Source: Phycisphaerae bacterium (GTDB lineage Bacteria; Planctomycetota; Phycisphaerae; UBA1845; Fen-1342). From it: a stretch of DNA of 64,000 nucleotides. Each line of letters opens with the position of its first letter. The stretch's first letter is position 1. Location of the stretch: assembly GCA_963675745.2 (NCBI GenBank), contig CAXXWX010000001.1, positions 32,001 to 96,000 of the forward strand. Reading direction: 5' to 3'. Under the pieces are notes generated by a model that saw nothing but the letters and a program-made list of their open reading frames with translations, made no database searches and was not told the DNA's origin. Shown in pieces: positions 1 to 10,700 of the stretch. The position numbers and the translations under genes are program-made.

Positions 1-2
1 GT

Positions 3-1403
3 CATCTCGAGCTCGAGGTCACCGTCGATGACGTTGGCGGAGAGCAACAGGTAGTCGACGCCAAGAGCGCCGGCACCATGTTCCGGGGCTTCGAGATCAT
101 TCTCGTCGGGCGCGATCCGCGCGACGCAGCCCAATTGACGCAGCGCATTTGCGGCGTTTGTCCGGTCTCGCACGCCATGGCCTCGTCGTTAAACCTCGAC
201 AACGCCTTTGGCGTGGCAGTGCCGAACAACGGGCGTATCCTGCGCAACCTGATACTCGGGGCCAACTTCATCCAGTCGCACTTGCTGCACTTCTATCACC
301 TCTCGGCGCTGGACTACATCGACACGACCGGTTTGCTTGACGTTTCGCCGTGGACGCCGCGCTATGTCACGCCCGACATGGCCACGGGTGCGACAGCTCA
401 ACTGCTGGTTGACCATTACGTGCAGGCGCTGGCGATGCGGCGCAAGGCGCACCAGATGGGCGCCGTATTTGGCGGCAAGCTGCCCTGCACCGGCTCGTTC
501 GTGGTCGGCGGCTGCACCGAGGTCGCGGATCAGGAGAAGATAGACGACTTTCGCGCCGTGCTGACCGAGGTGCGCGCGTTTATCGACAATGTCTACGTGA
601 CCGACGCCGCCCTGCTGGGCACCTTGGTGCCGGACTATTACAGCTTGGGCGGCGGTCCCGGAAACCTGCTGGCGTATGGCGTGTTCGACCTGGACGCCGG
701 CGGAACCAGTAAGCTGTTGCCGGCGGGGCGCTATACCGACGGCGCCCCCGCCGCCATGGACCCCGCGCAGATTACCGAGGACGTTACCTATGGCTGGTTT
801 GCGCAGGCGCCGAAGAAGCACCCCTCGGTGGGAGAGACGGTGCCCGACCGCGACAAGGCCGGCGCCTACTCCTGGTTGAAGGCCCCACGCTACGCCGACA
901 AGCCGCACGAGCTCGGCCCGCTGGCGCGAATGTGGTTGGCCGGCGACTATACAAACGGCATATCGGCGATGGACCGGATCGTGGCCCGCGCGCAGGAAAC
1001 CAAGAAGATCGCCGACGCGATGGATGGGTGGCTGGACGAACTCGTGCCCGGCGACCCGGTCTACGCCGAGAGCCAGATACCGCAGAGCGCGACGGCTGCG
1101 GGCCTTACCGAGGCCCCACGCGGCGCGCTCGGACACTGGATGGACATCACCGACTCGGCGATCAGCCGCTACCAGGTGATCACGCCGACGGCGTGGAACT
1201 CGTCGCCGCGCGACGATCTGAATCAACGCGGTCCGATGGAAGAGGCGCTCATCGGCGTGCCCGTCGCGGACACCGCCGCCCCGATCGAAGTTATCCGCGT
1301 TGTACACACGTTCGATCCGTGCCTGGCCTGCGGCGTACACATGGTTCGGCCGGGCCAGCGCGGTCCTGGACAGCGCGTGTTGATTCAGCCGAGTGTGGGG
1401 TAG
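3..1403 (+). CDS. [NiFe]-hydrogenase large subunit (group 1-like), 5'-truncated by window edge
   Basis: Frame open from position 3 (HLELEVTVDD..., end of the RIEGH motif). L1 motif RICGVC and L2 motif DPCLACGVH, followed by a cleavable C-terminal extension. Also contains YSWLKAPRY and EAPRGALGHW. Confidence 0.96.
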   Translation, partial: HLELEVTVDDVGGEQQVVDAKSAGTMFRGFEIILVGRDPRDAAQLTQRICGVCPVSHAMASSLNLDNAFGVAVPNNGRILRNLILGANFIQSHLLHFYHLSALDYIDTTGLLDVSPWTPRYVTPDMATGATAQLLVDHYVQALAMRRKAHQMGAVFGGKLPCTGSFVVGGCTEVADQEKIDDFRAVLTEVRAFIDNVYVTDAALLGTLVPDYYSLGGGPGNLLAYGVFDLDAGGTSKLLPAGRYTDGAPAAMDPAQITEDVTYGWFAQAPKKHPSVGETVPDRDKAGAYSWLKAPRYADKPHELGPLARMWLAGDYTNGISAMDRIVARAQETKKIADAMDGWLDELVPGDPVYAESQIPQSATAAGLTEAPRGALGHWMDITDSAISRYQVITPTAWNSSPRDDLNQRGPMEEALIGVPVADTAAPIEVIRVVHTFDPCLACGVHMVRPGQRGPGQRVLIQPSVG

Positions 1404-1410
1404 GGAGATG

Positions 1411-1450
1411 AGGCAACCAGGCAACGAGGCAACCAGGCAGCAAGGCAACA
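1411..1450 (+). repeat. Intergenic 8-bp tandem repeat, 5 imperfect copies of AGGCA(A/G)CN
   Basis: AGGCAACC AGGCAACG AGGCAACC AGGCAGCA AGGCAACA read directly between the hydrogenase stop and the protease gene. Confidence 0.8.
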
Positions 1451-1498
1451 AGGCGCTGCGGTATGGAGCGTTGCAGTGAGTCGTAGGATCATAGGACC

Positions 1499-2035
1499 GT
1501 GAACAGAGCTATGCGTTTGAGAGCTCCACATGTTGCCGTGGCACCACCCCGGCCCGCTCCGACTCTGATCCTCGGGTTGGGAAACATACTGCTGCGCGAC
1601 GAGGGATTGGGCGTGCGCGTGGTTGAGGCCATGGAGAAACTCGACTTACCCGCCGGTGTCGAGCTGTTCGACGGGGCAACGTACGGCATTGACCTGGTGA
1701 ACGTGCTGGCACAACGAGACCGCGTGATCGTCATCGACGCAATTGACGCTGATTGCGAGCCGGGCACGATGATGCGCCTGACGGCCGACGAGCTGGCGCC
1801 CGCGCATGATCGCGGCGTTTCGCTGCACGAGCTGGGCCTGTGTGAGACGCTGACCGTGGCTCAGCGGATGGGCTGTGCTCCGCGCGAAGTCACGATCATC
1901 GGCGTGGCCCCCGCCGACCTCCGCCCGGGGCTCGAACTGTCACCCACCATACAGCGGGTCATGCCGCGCATCATTGAAGCGGTGCGGGCCGAACTGGATA
2001 CGCGGCACGCGCAGGAAGGTGAAGGCCAATCATGA
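1499..2035 (+). CDS. Hydrogenase maturation endopeptidase (HyaD/HybD family); start uncertain (1499 or 1511)
   Basis: LILGLGNILLRDEGLG, DGAT, VIVIDAI and SLHE motifs; directly downstream of the large subunit. Confidence 0.93.
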   Translation: MNRAMRLRAPHVAVAPPRPAPTLILGLGNILLRDEGLGVRVVEAMEKLDLPAGVELFDGATYGIDLVNVLAQRDRVIVIDAIDADCEPGTMMRLTADELAPAHDRGVSLHELGLCETLTVAQRMGCAPREVTIIGVAPADLRPGLELSPTIQRVMPRIIEAVRAELDTRHAQEGEGQS

Positions 2036-2781
2036 GACTGTACGTCACAATCCCGATTGCCGTGATATGCCTGGCCGGCTCGGCCGTCGCGGCACCACCC
2101 TGGGGCAGCAATTGCCTGTCTTGCCACGGCCAGTGGCAGGAGAACGCGATTCAAATCATCAACCCCGACGGCTTTGTCGACCCGGATGAGACTGTTACTG
2201 GCGCCCCCGATCGCGGGCCGCTGCCCGTTTTCTCCGCCGAGCGCGGCGTGACGAAATCGCTGCAAGCCGAGGTGTTCGGCCTGGCCAGCGGTGATCGCTA
2301 CGCGGTGGAGATCACACGCCTGCGCTATGACGGAGTGGAGCTGGGCCGCCATCTCACCTATGTTGGCGACTGCGCGTGGTCGGAGTGGGGAGACGGCGCA
2401 AGCACATTCACCGATCCGTTTCTGGGCTATCGCTGGGACGACGGGCCGGTGCTGTTTTCGTTCGACATTGACATCGAGCCCGACGCCGGGATTGACTACT
2501 ACGACCTAGTCTTCGCGGTAGCCGGCAAATACGCCGATGGCGTCACGCTGTTCTATTACATGGAGCACTTCTACTTGCAGATCGTCGCCACGGTCGGCGA
2601 TACGAACTGCGACGGTTCCATCAACAACGGCGACATCGACTCATTTGTGCTGGCGATCACGGCCCCTGGTAGTTACGCGGCACAATACCCCGACTGTGAC
2701 ATCACCAGCGCCGACTGTAACCACGATGAGATAATCAACAACGCCGACATCGACGCCTTCATAACTCTGCTGGGCGGCTGA
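2032..2781 (+). CDS. Secreted monoheme c-type cytochrome-like protein with C-terminal dockerin-like tail
   Basis: Signal peptide ending AVA-A; a single CLSCH motif just after the cleavage site; tail GDTNCDGSINNGDID...ADCNHDEIINNADIDAFITLL. ATGA overlap with the protease stop codon. Confidence 0.8.
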   Translation: MRLYVTIPIAVICLAGSAVAAPPWGSNCLSCHGQWQENAIQIINPDGFVDPDETVTGAPDRGPLPVFSAERGVTKSLQAEVFGLASGDRYAVEITRLRYDGVELGRHLTYVGDCAWSEWGDGASTFTDPFLGYRWDDGPVLFSFDIDIEPDAGIDYYDLVFAVAGKYADGVTLFYYMEHFYLQIVATVGDTNCDGSINNGDIDSFVLAITAPGSYAAQYPDCDITSADCNHDEIINNADIDAFITLLGG

Positions 2782-2911
2782 TTGCCATGCGTGCGAGGGG
2801 CGTTTGGCCGCAGCTAATCTGTGGCACCGGTTTGCATCCGGGGGTAATCTCCCGTTGAGAACCTTGTGTGGCAGTCTGCTCCACCAGACTGATCCGGAGA
2901 GGAGGGTGCGT

Positions 2912-4252
2912 GTGATACGCGCGATCGGACGAGCGGTCATGATGGCGACACTGCTGGCAGGCGCCGGCGGTGCCTACGGCGGGGGCATCATCCTCGACCA
3001 GCAACTCGACGCCGACGGCAAGGGCTATACTGTCATTCGCCTGTGGGGTTCACATTACGAGATGGGCCACGCGCACGCCGAGCTGCTCGGTGACGCCATT
3101 GTCGATGGTGTGAACGAGACCAAGGCGTTTCTGGGCACTCAGAACTACGACATCGCGCGGGGCATCATGGCCGGCGCAGTCTGGATGCCGCCGGGAGTTG
3201 AGGACGAGTTTGACGGTACGGTCGCGGCGCTGGCGGTCTCACACCCCAGCGCGGGGATCGACAAACTGGATCTGAAGGTAGCCAACACGGCTGGCGAGTG
3301 GCTCTACGCCTGCCGCAGTCATTCGTGCTGGGGGCGTTATGTCGCCGCACCGATCAAGACACTCTCGACGCGGCGCCTGGACTTCCCAACGCTGTACGAA
3401 ACGATAAACCACCATGTGATCTGTGCGCGCACCGCCGACGATGGATCGCCGCAATGGGTCAACATCGGCTGGCCGGGGACGATCGCCGTCGCGACCGGGG
3501 TCAACGAGTTCGGCACGATCGTGTCGCTGCACGATTACGCCTGCCAGACCGATTTCGCGGCCGGCCGCATGCCGCGCATGATCGCCGCCCGTCACGCGCT
3601 CACCTTCACCAACGCCCCCGACGTCTCCACGCACCTGGCTGCCGTTTACGCCGAACTGCGGAACTACCAGATCATGACCGGCAGCTTTGTGAATTACTAC
3701 GCTCCGGAAGGCCATGGCGGCGTAATGGTCTGCCACCCCAATCAGACGCCGGATTTCTACTTCATGCGCACGCCGCAAGCCGCCTGGCACCACGGCGAAG
3801 CGATAATGACGAGCAACGCCTGGACCGACGGCACGACCACGCCGGCGGACGAGGACTTCGGCGCCGACGCGTATTACGACAACGAATCACCCAAGACGCT
3901 CGCAAGCCATTGGAACCTGCTCGCCACCGACAGCAACAGCCTGCACCTGCTCAGTGTCGCGTATCGCGGACGGCGGGACATGACCATCTGGGCCGACGGG
4001 CGCCTCGAAGACGTCGGACGCACGCCACGAGTTGAGCTGGAGTGGTGGCAGATCACCGGCATCGGCGACGTGAACTGCGACGGCTTCACCAACAACGGCG
4101 ATATCGACGCGTTTGTCCGCGCGATTACCAACCCGGGGTCATACGCCGCAACCTACCCCAACTGTCTCGCCGCGTTCGCCGACTGCAACCACGACGGCGA
4201 GGCAAATAACGGCGACATCGACGCCTTCGTCACTCTGCTCGCCAGGCCGTAG
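2912..4252 (+). CDS. Secreted Ntn-hydrolase-like protein (C45/acid-ceramidase-like) with dockerin-like tail
   Basis: GTG start after GGAGG; signal peptide; GSHYEMGHAHA N-terminal segment; candidate autocatalytic Cys (YA-CRS); RRLDF and GVNEFG motifs; dockerin-like tail. Confidence 0.65.
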   Translation: MIRAIGRAVMMATLLAGAGGAYGGGIILDQQLDADGKGYTVIRLWGSHYEMGHAHAELLGDAIVDGVNETKAFLGTQNYDIARGIMAGAVWMPPGVEDEFDGTVAALAVSHPSAGIDKLDLKVANTAGEWLYACRSHSCWGRYVAAPIKTLSTRRLDFPTLYETINHHVICARTADDGSPQWVNIGWPGTIAVATGVNEFGTIVSLHDYACQTDFAAGRMPRMIAARHALTFTNAPDVSTHLAAVYAELRNYQIMTGSFVNYYAPEGHGGVMVCHPNQTPDFYFMRTPQAAWHHGEAIMTSNAWTDGTTTPADEDFGADAYYDNESPKTLASHWNLLATDSNSLHLLSVAYRGRRDMTIWADGRLEDVGRTPRVELEWWQITGIGDVNCDGFTNNGDIDAFVRAITNPGSYAATYPNCLAAFADCNHDGEANNGDIDAFVTLLARP

Positions 4253-4415
4253 GCAATCTACAACCCATCGACGCCTCCCGCGGAGTCAGGGGCACAAGGC
4301 CCCAGCCTCAAGCATCGCGCAACCAGACCGGTCGGGTTGATGGAGATCCGATGGTGCGGTGTGGGAGGCCAAACCAGACACCCTGCTCGCGCGCCCAGGC
4401 CCCCCGGACGCGGCG

Positions 4416-4859
4416 TTACTCGTTTGGATCGCCGAGCAGTTCGAACAGGTCCAGTATGTTCCAGTGGTCGAGAGTCGTGGATCGCGCGATGACTTCGAGG
4501 GGGGCCTCAACGACCGGATCGCCGGTCTCGTCGTCCACCACCACCAGCTCGTATTCACCCGGTTCAAGATCGTCGGGCACGGTCACGATGATGTCGCCCG
4601 CGTCGTTCACCTCAACGGCGGCGGCCTGTCCACCCACCGTCGCGCGGAGCTGATCACCGGTGTAGCTGCCGGCGGAGCCCGCGTTCACCTTGCGCCCGGG
4701 CGCCACCGGGTCGTCGATATCGTTCGGGTCGGGGCTGTCGTCCGGCGTCTGTAGCGGCAGCCCGGACGTCGCGTCAAGTGCGGGGCATCCGCTCACCGTG
4801 ATGATCAATCCACCCAGCAGGCATACCAGAAACACGCGTCGTAGCGGAGTTAGTTTCAC
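4416..4859 (-). CDS. Small putative lipoprotein with an acidic beta-rich (Ig-like?) domain
   Basis: Basic N-terminus, hydrophobic stretch and VSGC lipobox; GTGA overlap with the upstream kinase stop. Confidence 0.65.
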   Translation of the reverse strand: MKLTPLRRVFLVCLLGGLIITVSGCPALDATSGLPLQTPDDSPDPNDIDDPVAPGRKVNAGSAGSYTGDQLRATVGGQAAAVEVNDAGDIIVTVPDDLEPGEYELVVVDDETGDPVVEAPLEVIARSTTLDHWNILDLFELLGDPNE

Positions 4860-7573
4860 TCGTCACCTCCCGGCCCGGCGTGCCTCAGCCGTTGCTCAAA
4901 CTCCCCGGCAAACGCCGCCAGAGCGCGATCCGCTTGCGCGTCTTGCTCACTCAGCGCAGCCTGCACGCGTTTCAGCGCTTGTGCGGCCGCCGTAGTCTCA
5001 CCACGCTCCAGCGCGGCCCAACCGTGTACGATGACACTCCACCAGTCGTTGTCAACCCGGGCCAACGCTTCGGCGGCATGCACATAGGCGTCATTGAACT
5101 CCCCGGCGCGCAGTTCGGCCAGCGCCAACGTCCCGAGCACGCTCGAGTCGCCGGGGCGCACCGCGAAAGCACGGCGTGCCAGGTCGAGGGCGCGCCTCCA
5201 GTCGCGGATTTCAGTGGTCGAGGTGGTCAGCAATATCCAGGCGCTGTTCGCCAGGGCAACATCGGCGTCTTTGTCGAACTCGAGCACGTCGGCGAAGGCG
5301 CCCAGCGCCTCAGTATCGCGCCCAAGCTGCATGTAAGTATTACCGATACCAGTCAGCGCCCGGACCTTGTCCGCCCCCGGAATATCGAGGCAACGCTGAT
5401 ACACCGCCAACGCCTCGTCAAGCCGACCGGTCTTTTCGGCGATGCGTCCGCGCAGATACGCCGCGTCAAAGTGATGTGCGTCCAGCGCAGCCACCCGGTC
5501 AAGCGCATCATCCGCCGCCGCATAGTCGGCGACGCGGAATTGTGCGCGCGCCAGATGATACCAGCGCTTGACGTTCTGCGGATCGAGCTGGGCGGCGCGC
5601 GTGTATGCCAGAACCGCGTCAGCCCGCTGGTCGAGAAGCTCGTAGGCCAGCGCCAGGTTAAACCAGCACGAAGCCATGTCGGGCCCCAGCTCGACGGCGC
5701 GCTGGAGCACGGTGAGTGCATCCGTGTACTGCTTCTGCTTGATCAGCAGCGTGCCCAGGTTGTACCAGGCGAGAGCGTCGTGCGGGCGCAGGGTCCGAGC
5801 GCACTCCGCGTCGATCCGCGCCAGATCCGGCCGTCCAAGGCGGTAGCGGCGCAGGGCGCGCTCCACGAGTGCGTCAAAGTACTGCGGATCAGAGGTCAGC
5901 GCCGACGTCAGCAAGGACACGGCACGGACATCATCGTCCTGCACCAGTGCGCGCCGGTAATACGCCTCCGCAGCCGTGCCGCCCGCGCGTGGCGGCGTGG
6001 CCGAGTCGAGATTCAGTGGCGCCGTCCCCTTGCCGGCGGCGACGTCTTCGGGGTACAGACGTTCCAGCTCGCGCAGCACGCTTTGCGCTTCGCCGGCGCG
6101 CCCCAAGTGCTCCAGCGCCCTAACGCGAACCACACCCGCGCCGAATCCGCGCGGACCATCAAGCGCCAGCGTTGAGGCCAGGCGCAGCGCGTCTTCATAG
6201 TCACCGTCGTACATGCTCATGCGCGCTTCGAGCACCCGATTCGACAGTGTCGCGGCCCACGCCTGCTGGCGCGCGTCAGCGGCGGCGCGCGCGGCGTTGA
6301 TCCCATATCCGCCGGCCGCAAGGGCAAACACCAGCAGCGCCGCGAGTGCAATACGCATGCGGTGCCGTGCCATCAGCTTGCGGGATATGTACCAGACACT
6401 GGCGCGCCGGGCCTGGATCGGCTCGCCGCGAAGATAACGCTCGATATCGCGCGCCAGTTCGCCTGCGCTCTGATAGCGCCGCTCGCGTTCCTTGGTCAGT
6501 GACTTCAGCACGATCGTCTGGATCTCGCCGTCAATCGGGCACGAGCCTTCGCGTGAGTGGCTTCGCGAACGGCGCGTTATGCCGGTACTGCGGCTCCATG
6601 TGCGCGCGGGAGGTGCGGGCGCCGTCTCAGATATGTGCCGGATCACATCCGCCATCGGCCCCATGACCGGATACGGATAATCGCCGGTCAGCACCTCGTA
6701 GAGGATGACGCCCAGGGAGTAGATATCCGTGCGCGTGTCAATCTCGTCCGGATTGCCGCGCGCCTGCTCGGGCGACATGTAGGGCAATGTCCCGACCACC
6801 TGCTGCGTAAGTGAGATCGGCGTGCCCTCGGGCGCCGCAACCTGCTTGGCCAGACCAAAGTCGAGTACGCGCGGCCGGCCATCGCCGTCCACGAGGATAT
6901 TTGACGGCTTGAGATCACGATGCACGATGCCGCGTTGATGGGCGTATTGCACGGCATCGCAAACGGTCACGAACAGCCGCAAGGTCTCGTCAAGCGAGAG
7001 CTGGCGCTGACGCACATACTGCGTGATCGGCTGCCCGCGCACGTAGTCCATGACATAGTACTGGCGGCGATCGGCAGTCTCGCCGGAGTGGAAGATCGCG
7101 ATGATGTTTGGGTGCTTGAGTTGAGCGACGAGCTCGATTTCGCGCTCGAAACGCCGGCGCGCGGCCGGTGACGCATGGCGGCCTTCGAGAAGCTCCTTGA
7201 TAGCAACCTTGCGTTTGGTCGAGCGCTGCAGCGCCTGGTACACGACGCCCTGGCCGCCGTGGCTCAGCTCGGCGACAATTTCATATCCGGGAAACTCGTC
7301 GACAGGCAATGGCGGGCGCTCGCTGCCTCCCCCCGACGCGCGCGTCTCGTCGTGCCGCGCGATGTCACTGCCCGAACGAGTCATCTGGCGCAGTCGCTCC
7401 ACCAGCGGGAGCGAGCCGAGCTCTTCGACCAGCTCCGGCAGCAAGTCCGGGTGGCTCGCGATAATCTCCTGATCGGGCAGCACCTCCCCGGTGGCCCGGC
7501 GGCGCAGAACGTCATCCAGGACGCCGTGAAGGCGCTCGAGACGACTACCGCCCTCAGCTCCTCCCTGGTTCAT
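4856..7573 (-). CDS. Membrane Hanks-type Ser/Thr protein kinase with C-terminal TPR repeats
   Basis: [24 protein letters not shown] and [10 protein letters not shown] motifs; one TM helix; TPR repeats such as AWYNLGTLL and CWFNLALAY. Confidence 0.95.
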   Translation of the reverse strand: MNQGGAEGGSRLERLHGVLDDVLRRRATGEVLPDQEIIASHPDLLPELVEELGSLPLVERLRQMTRSGSDIARHDETRASGGGSERPPLPVDEFPGYEIVAELSHGGQGVVYQALQRSTKRKVAIKELLEGRHASPAARRRFEREIELVAQLKHPNIIAIFHSGETADRRQYYVMDYVRGQPITQYVRQRQLSLDETLRLFVTVCDAVQYAHQRGIVHRDLKPSNILVDGDGRPRVLDFGLAKQVAAPEGTPISLTQQVVGTLPYMSPEQARGNPDEIDTRTDIYSLGVILYEVLTGDYPYPVMGPMADVIRHISETAPAPPARTWSRSTGITRRSRSHSREGSCPIDGEIQTIVLKSLTKERERRYQSAGELARDIERYLRGEPIQARRASVWYISRKLMARHRMRIALAALLVFALAAGGYGINAARAAADARQQAWAATLSNRVLEARMSMYDGDYEDALRLASTLALDGPRGFGAGVVRVRALEHLGRAGEAQSVLRELERLYPEDVAAGKGTAPLNLDSATPPRAGGTAAEAYYRRALVQDDDVRAVSLLTSALTSDPQYFDALVERALRRYRLGRPDLARIDAECARTLRPHDALAWYNLGTLLIKQKQYTDALTVLQRAVELGPDMASCWFNLALAYELLDQRADAVLAYTRAAQLDPQNVKRWYHLARAQFRVADYAAADDALDRVAALDAHHFDAAYLRGRIAEKTGRLDEALAVYQRCLDIPGADKVRALTGIGNTYMQLGRDTEALGAFADVLEFDKDADVALANSAWILLTTSTTEIRDWRRALDLARRAFAVRPGDSSVLGTLALAELRAGEFNDAYVHAAEALARVDNDWWSVIVHGWAALERGETTAAAQALKRVQAALSEQDAQADRALAAFAGEFEQRLRHAGPGGDE

Positions 7574-7713
7574 AGCTACGTCTCATTGACGGCACAATCT
7601 TACTTAATGAACTGATGCCGATGGCCGGCCGCATTCCGCCACAGGGCACATTTCCAATTGGACATTGTCGCGCGAGACTGACATTCTGACACGAAATCGG
7701 CGCATTTCTCCGC

Positions 7714-10700
7714 TTACTCGTCGGGTTGGCCGTCGGAAGTCTGGTTTTCGGCCTCGGCGGCATCCAGCGCGCCCCGCCAATTCGCCTCCTGCTCGGGTTT
7801 TCCCCAGGCATCATAAAGGCTGATCAAACCGCGCATCGTGCGCAGCGCACGTTCGGGGTCACACCCGGGGGCTGTGGAAAGCACGTCGTATGCCCGCAGC
7901 AGCCGCTTCTCCGACTCCTCGAAGTCGCCAACGCGTGATAGCAGCGCGCCGTAGGCTCCATTGACGATCGCGCGCGTGACGTCATCGTCCGGGAGGTTCT
8001 GTTCGCACCAGTTCAGCGACTCTTCGAATAGCGGCCGGGCTTCGTCGTCGCGTTCCAACTCTGCGAGCACGCGCGCGAGGTTATACGTCCAGATCACCGT
8101 GCGACGCTCGTCGCTGTCGGGTGAGCGTTTCAGCCGCGCAAGCACGTCGCGGTGCACGGGCTCGGCATCGGCCCAGTGGTCCTGAAGGCGAATGGCTATC
8201 GCCAGGTCCATCTTGGCATAGAGAATCGCGTTGTCGTTGACCGCGTCGCCCAGCCGGTCGTAGAGCGCAAGGCGTTCCCGGCTGAGTGCCTCCAACTCGG
8301 GCCAATGCTCGAGCTCGCTGAGCAGAATCCCGTACTGACCCGCCGTCTCAAGCGTCTTGGCGTGATCCTCGCCAAGCACCTCGCGCTGATCAGCCAACAA
8401 CGCGCGGTAGACGGCTTCAGACTCCGCGTACTTCTTCAGGTCCTTGAGCACGCGCGCCAGACAATAGCGCGAAAGCAGCGTGCTGTTGTGCGTGGGGCCC
8501 AGTAGATCCGATTCGCCGGCTATCACCTCGCGAAAGAGCGGCTCGGCTTCGGCGGGATTGCCCGCCTCCCAGGTGCGCAGCGCCATCGAGTACAGCGCTC
8601 TCAGCGTTGCCGCCGCATCTTCACCAAAACGCTCACGGCAACGCTCGTACACCTGGCGGTGAAGTTCCGCGGCCTCCGCGTTGCGTCCCTGGCCCGCGCG
8701 TAGATTCGCAAACAGATCCAGGGCCGTGAGCGTGTCCGGATGGTCTTCGCCCAGCGCGCGCTGACACAACTCGACGCCCTCGACGAACAACGGCTCGGCC
8801 TCGTCGAAACGCTCTTGATCCACCAGGTAGTCGGCCAGCCGCACCAGCGCGCGCGCATAATCCGGGTGATCCGGGCCAAGCGTGCGGCGTTGCGCCTCGA
8901 CGACGCGGCGTTGAAGCGCCTCGGCACGGACGAGATCGCCGCTGTCGGCGACGATGCGGGCAACATTCGACGCCATCAGCAGCGTCATTGCATGTTCATC
9001 ACCCAGCTTGCCTTTCGAGGCGCGCAGGGCCACTTCAAAGCACTCAGCCGCTTCGGGATATTCACCGTGTTCATAAAGCACGTAGCCCAGGTTGTTAAGC
9101 ACGCCCAGCGTGGTGGGATGCTCGTCGCCCAGTGTCCGCCGGCACGCATCGAGCACGTCGCGGAGAATTGCGATGGCCTCATCACGGCCGCCTTCCTGAT
9201 GCAGCGCCATCGCAAGATTCGATCGGGCCAGCAGGTAATGCGGGTGCTCCGGTCCGAGCACGCGCAGCGCCGTATCAGCGATATCACGCAAGGTCTGAGC
9301 GCCGTCTTCAAAGTGGCCGCGCTCGACCTGGGTCCAACCGATATTGTTCCGCATGATTATCGTGATGGGGTGATCGTCGCCGAGCGTCCGCCGCAGACCT
9401 TCGAGGCCCTCGCGGTAAAGCGCCAGGGCGCCGTCGTAATCGGCCTGCTCGATGAGCAGCATCCCGAGGTTATTGATCACCCGCAGCGTCAACTCGTGAT
9501 CATCACCCAGCGTTCTCCGGCAGGTCGCCAGCGCTTCGCGGTACAGCGGCTCGGAATCGCCGTACTTGCCTTGGCGCTCGTACAACAACGCCAGGTTGTT
9601 CATGGCCTTCGCGGTCAGCTCATCCTCCGCACCGAACTCACGCCGGCAGAGCTCCAGGGCGTGACGGCAGCGCGCCTCGGCGTCGGTGAACTCCCCGGCC
9701 TCCATCAATGTGACACCCAGCGCGATGAGCGTTTCCAGAGTGTCGCGGTGCTCCTCGCCGAGCAGTTCCTTGCGAAGTGCATACGCCTTTGTTAGCTGGG
9801 AACGCCCTGATGCCAATTCGCCGAGCCCGGTATAGGTTTCGCCAAGCGTCTGGCGCACCGCGGCCTCGACCTCCGGCTGTCCGCGCAGCGAACCCTGGTC
9901 AATCTCGCGCGCCGCCTCATCCAGCACGTCGCGAACCGCGACATCCCGGCCGCGCGCCGCGCTCGGATCAACCGAGGCCAGCATGTCCCGCAGGAAGCGG
10001 CTCACGGCCGCGGCCTTGGCAGCTTCGAGGCGCGCTTCCTCGGCGCTGGCCTGCGCCGCCCGGCGCTGCGCCGACTCGGCGCTGCGCGCCTCTTCCGCCG
10101 CGCGGCGTTGCCGTTGCTCGGCTGATTGCGCGGCATGGGCGGCATCCCGTTGCTCGACGGCCTGACGCCAGAAGGCGAAAGACGTCACGAAGCCGGCGGT
10201 GACCACGGCGAGTATCACCAGTGCGGCGATGGCCGCGATGCGATAACGCTGAAGCTGCTTGCGCAACAGGTAGGCCAGCGAATCACGCTTCGCCTCAATC
10301 GGCTCACCTGCAAGATAGTGCCGAATATCGCGTCCGAGATCGCCCGCGCTTTGATACCTGCGCTCGCGCTCTTTGGCCAGCGCCTTGGTGATGATCGTCT
10401 GTACTTCCGCGTCGATTGGGCAGGTGCCGATGCGAACCTGGCTGCTCGAGCGCTTGGTCACACCCTTATCGACACGCCAGACGCTGGACAGCGGCGAGGG
10501 CGGCGATTCGGCTATGTGACGCAATACCTCGGTTACGTTCCCCACAACCGGGTATGGATAGGTGCCCGTCAACAGCTCGTAGAGCGTTACACCCAGTGCA
10601 TAGATGTCCGTGCGCGTATCGATCTCGTCCGGGTTGCCGCGGGCCTGCTCGGGTGACAGATAGGGCAGCGTGCCGACGACCTGTTGTGACACCGATACCA

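Noticed and set aside
1311..1340. [NiFeSe] hydrogenase (selenocysteine)
   Set aside because: The L2 motif is encoded with TGC Cys codons (DPCLAC); there is no in-frame TGA.
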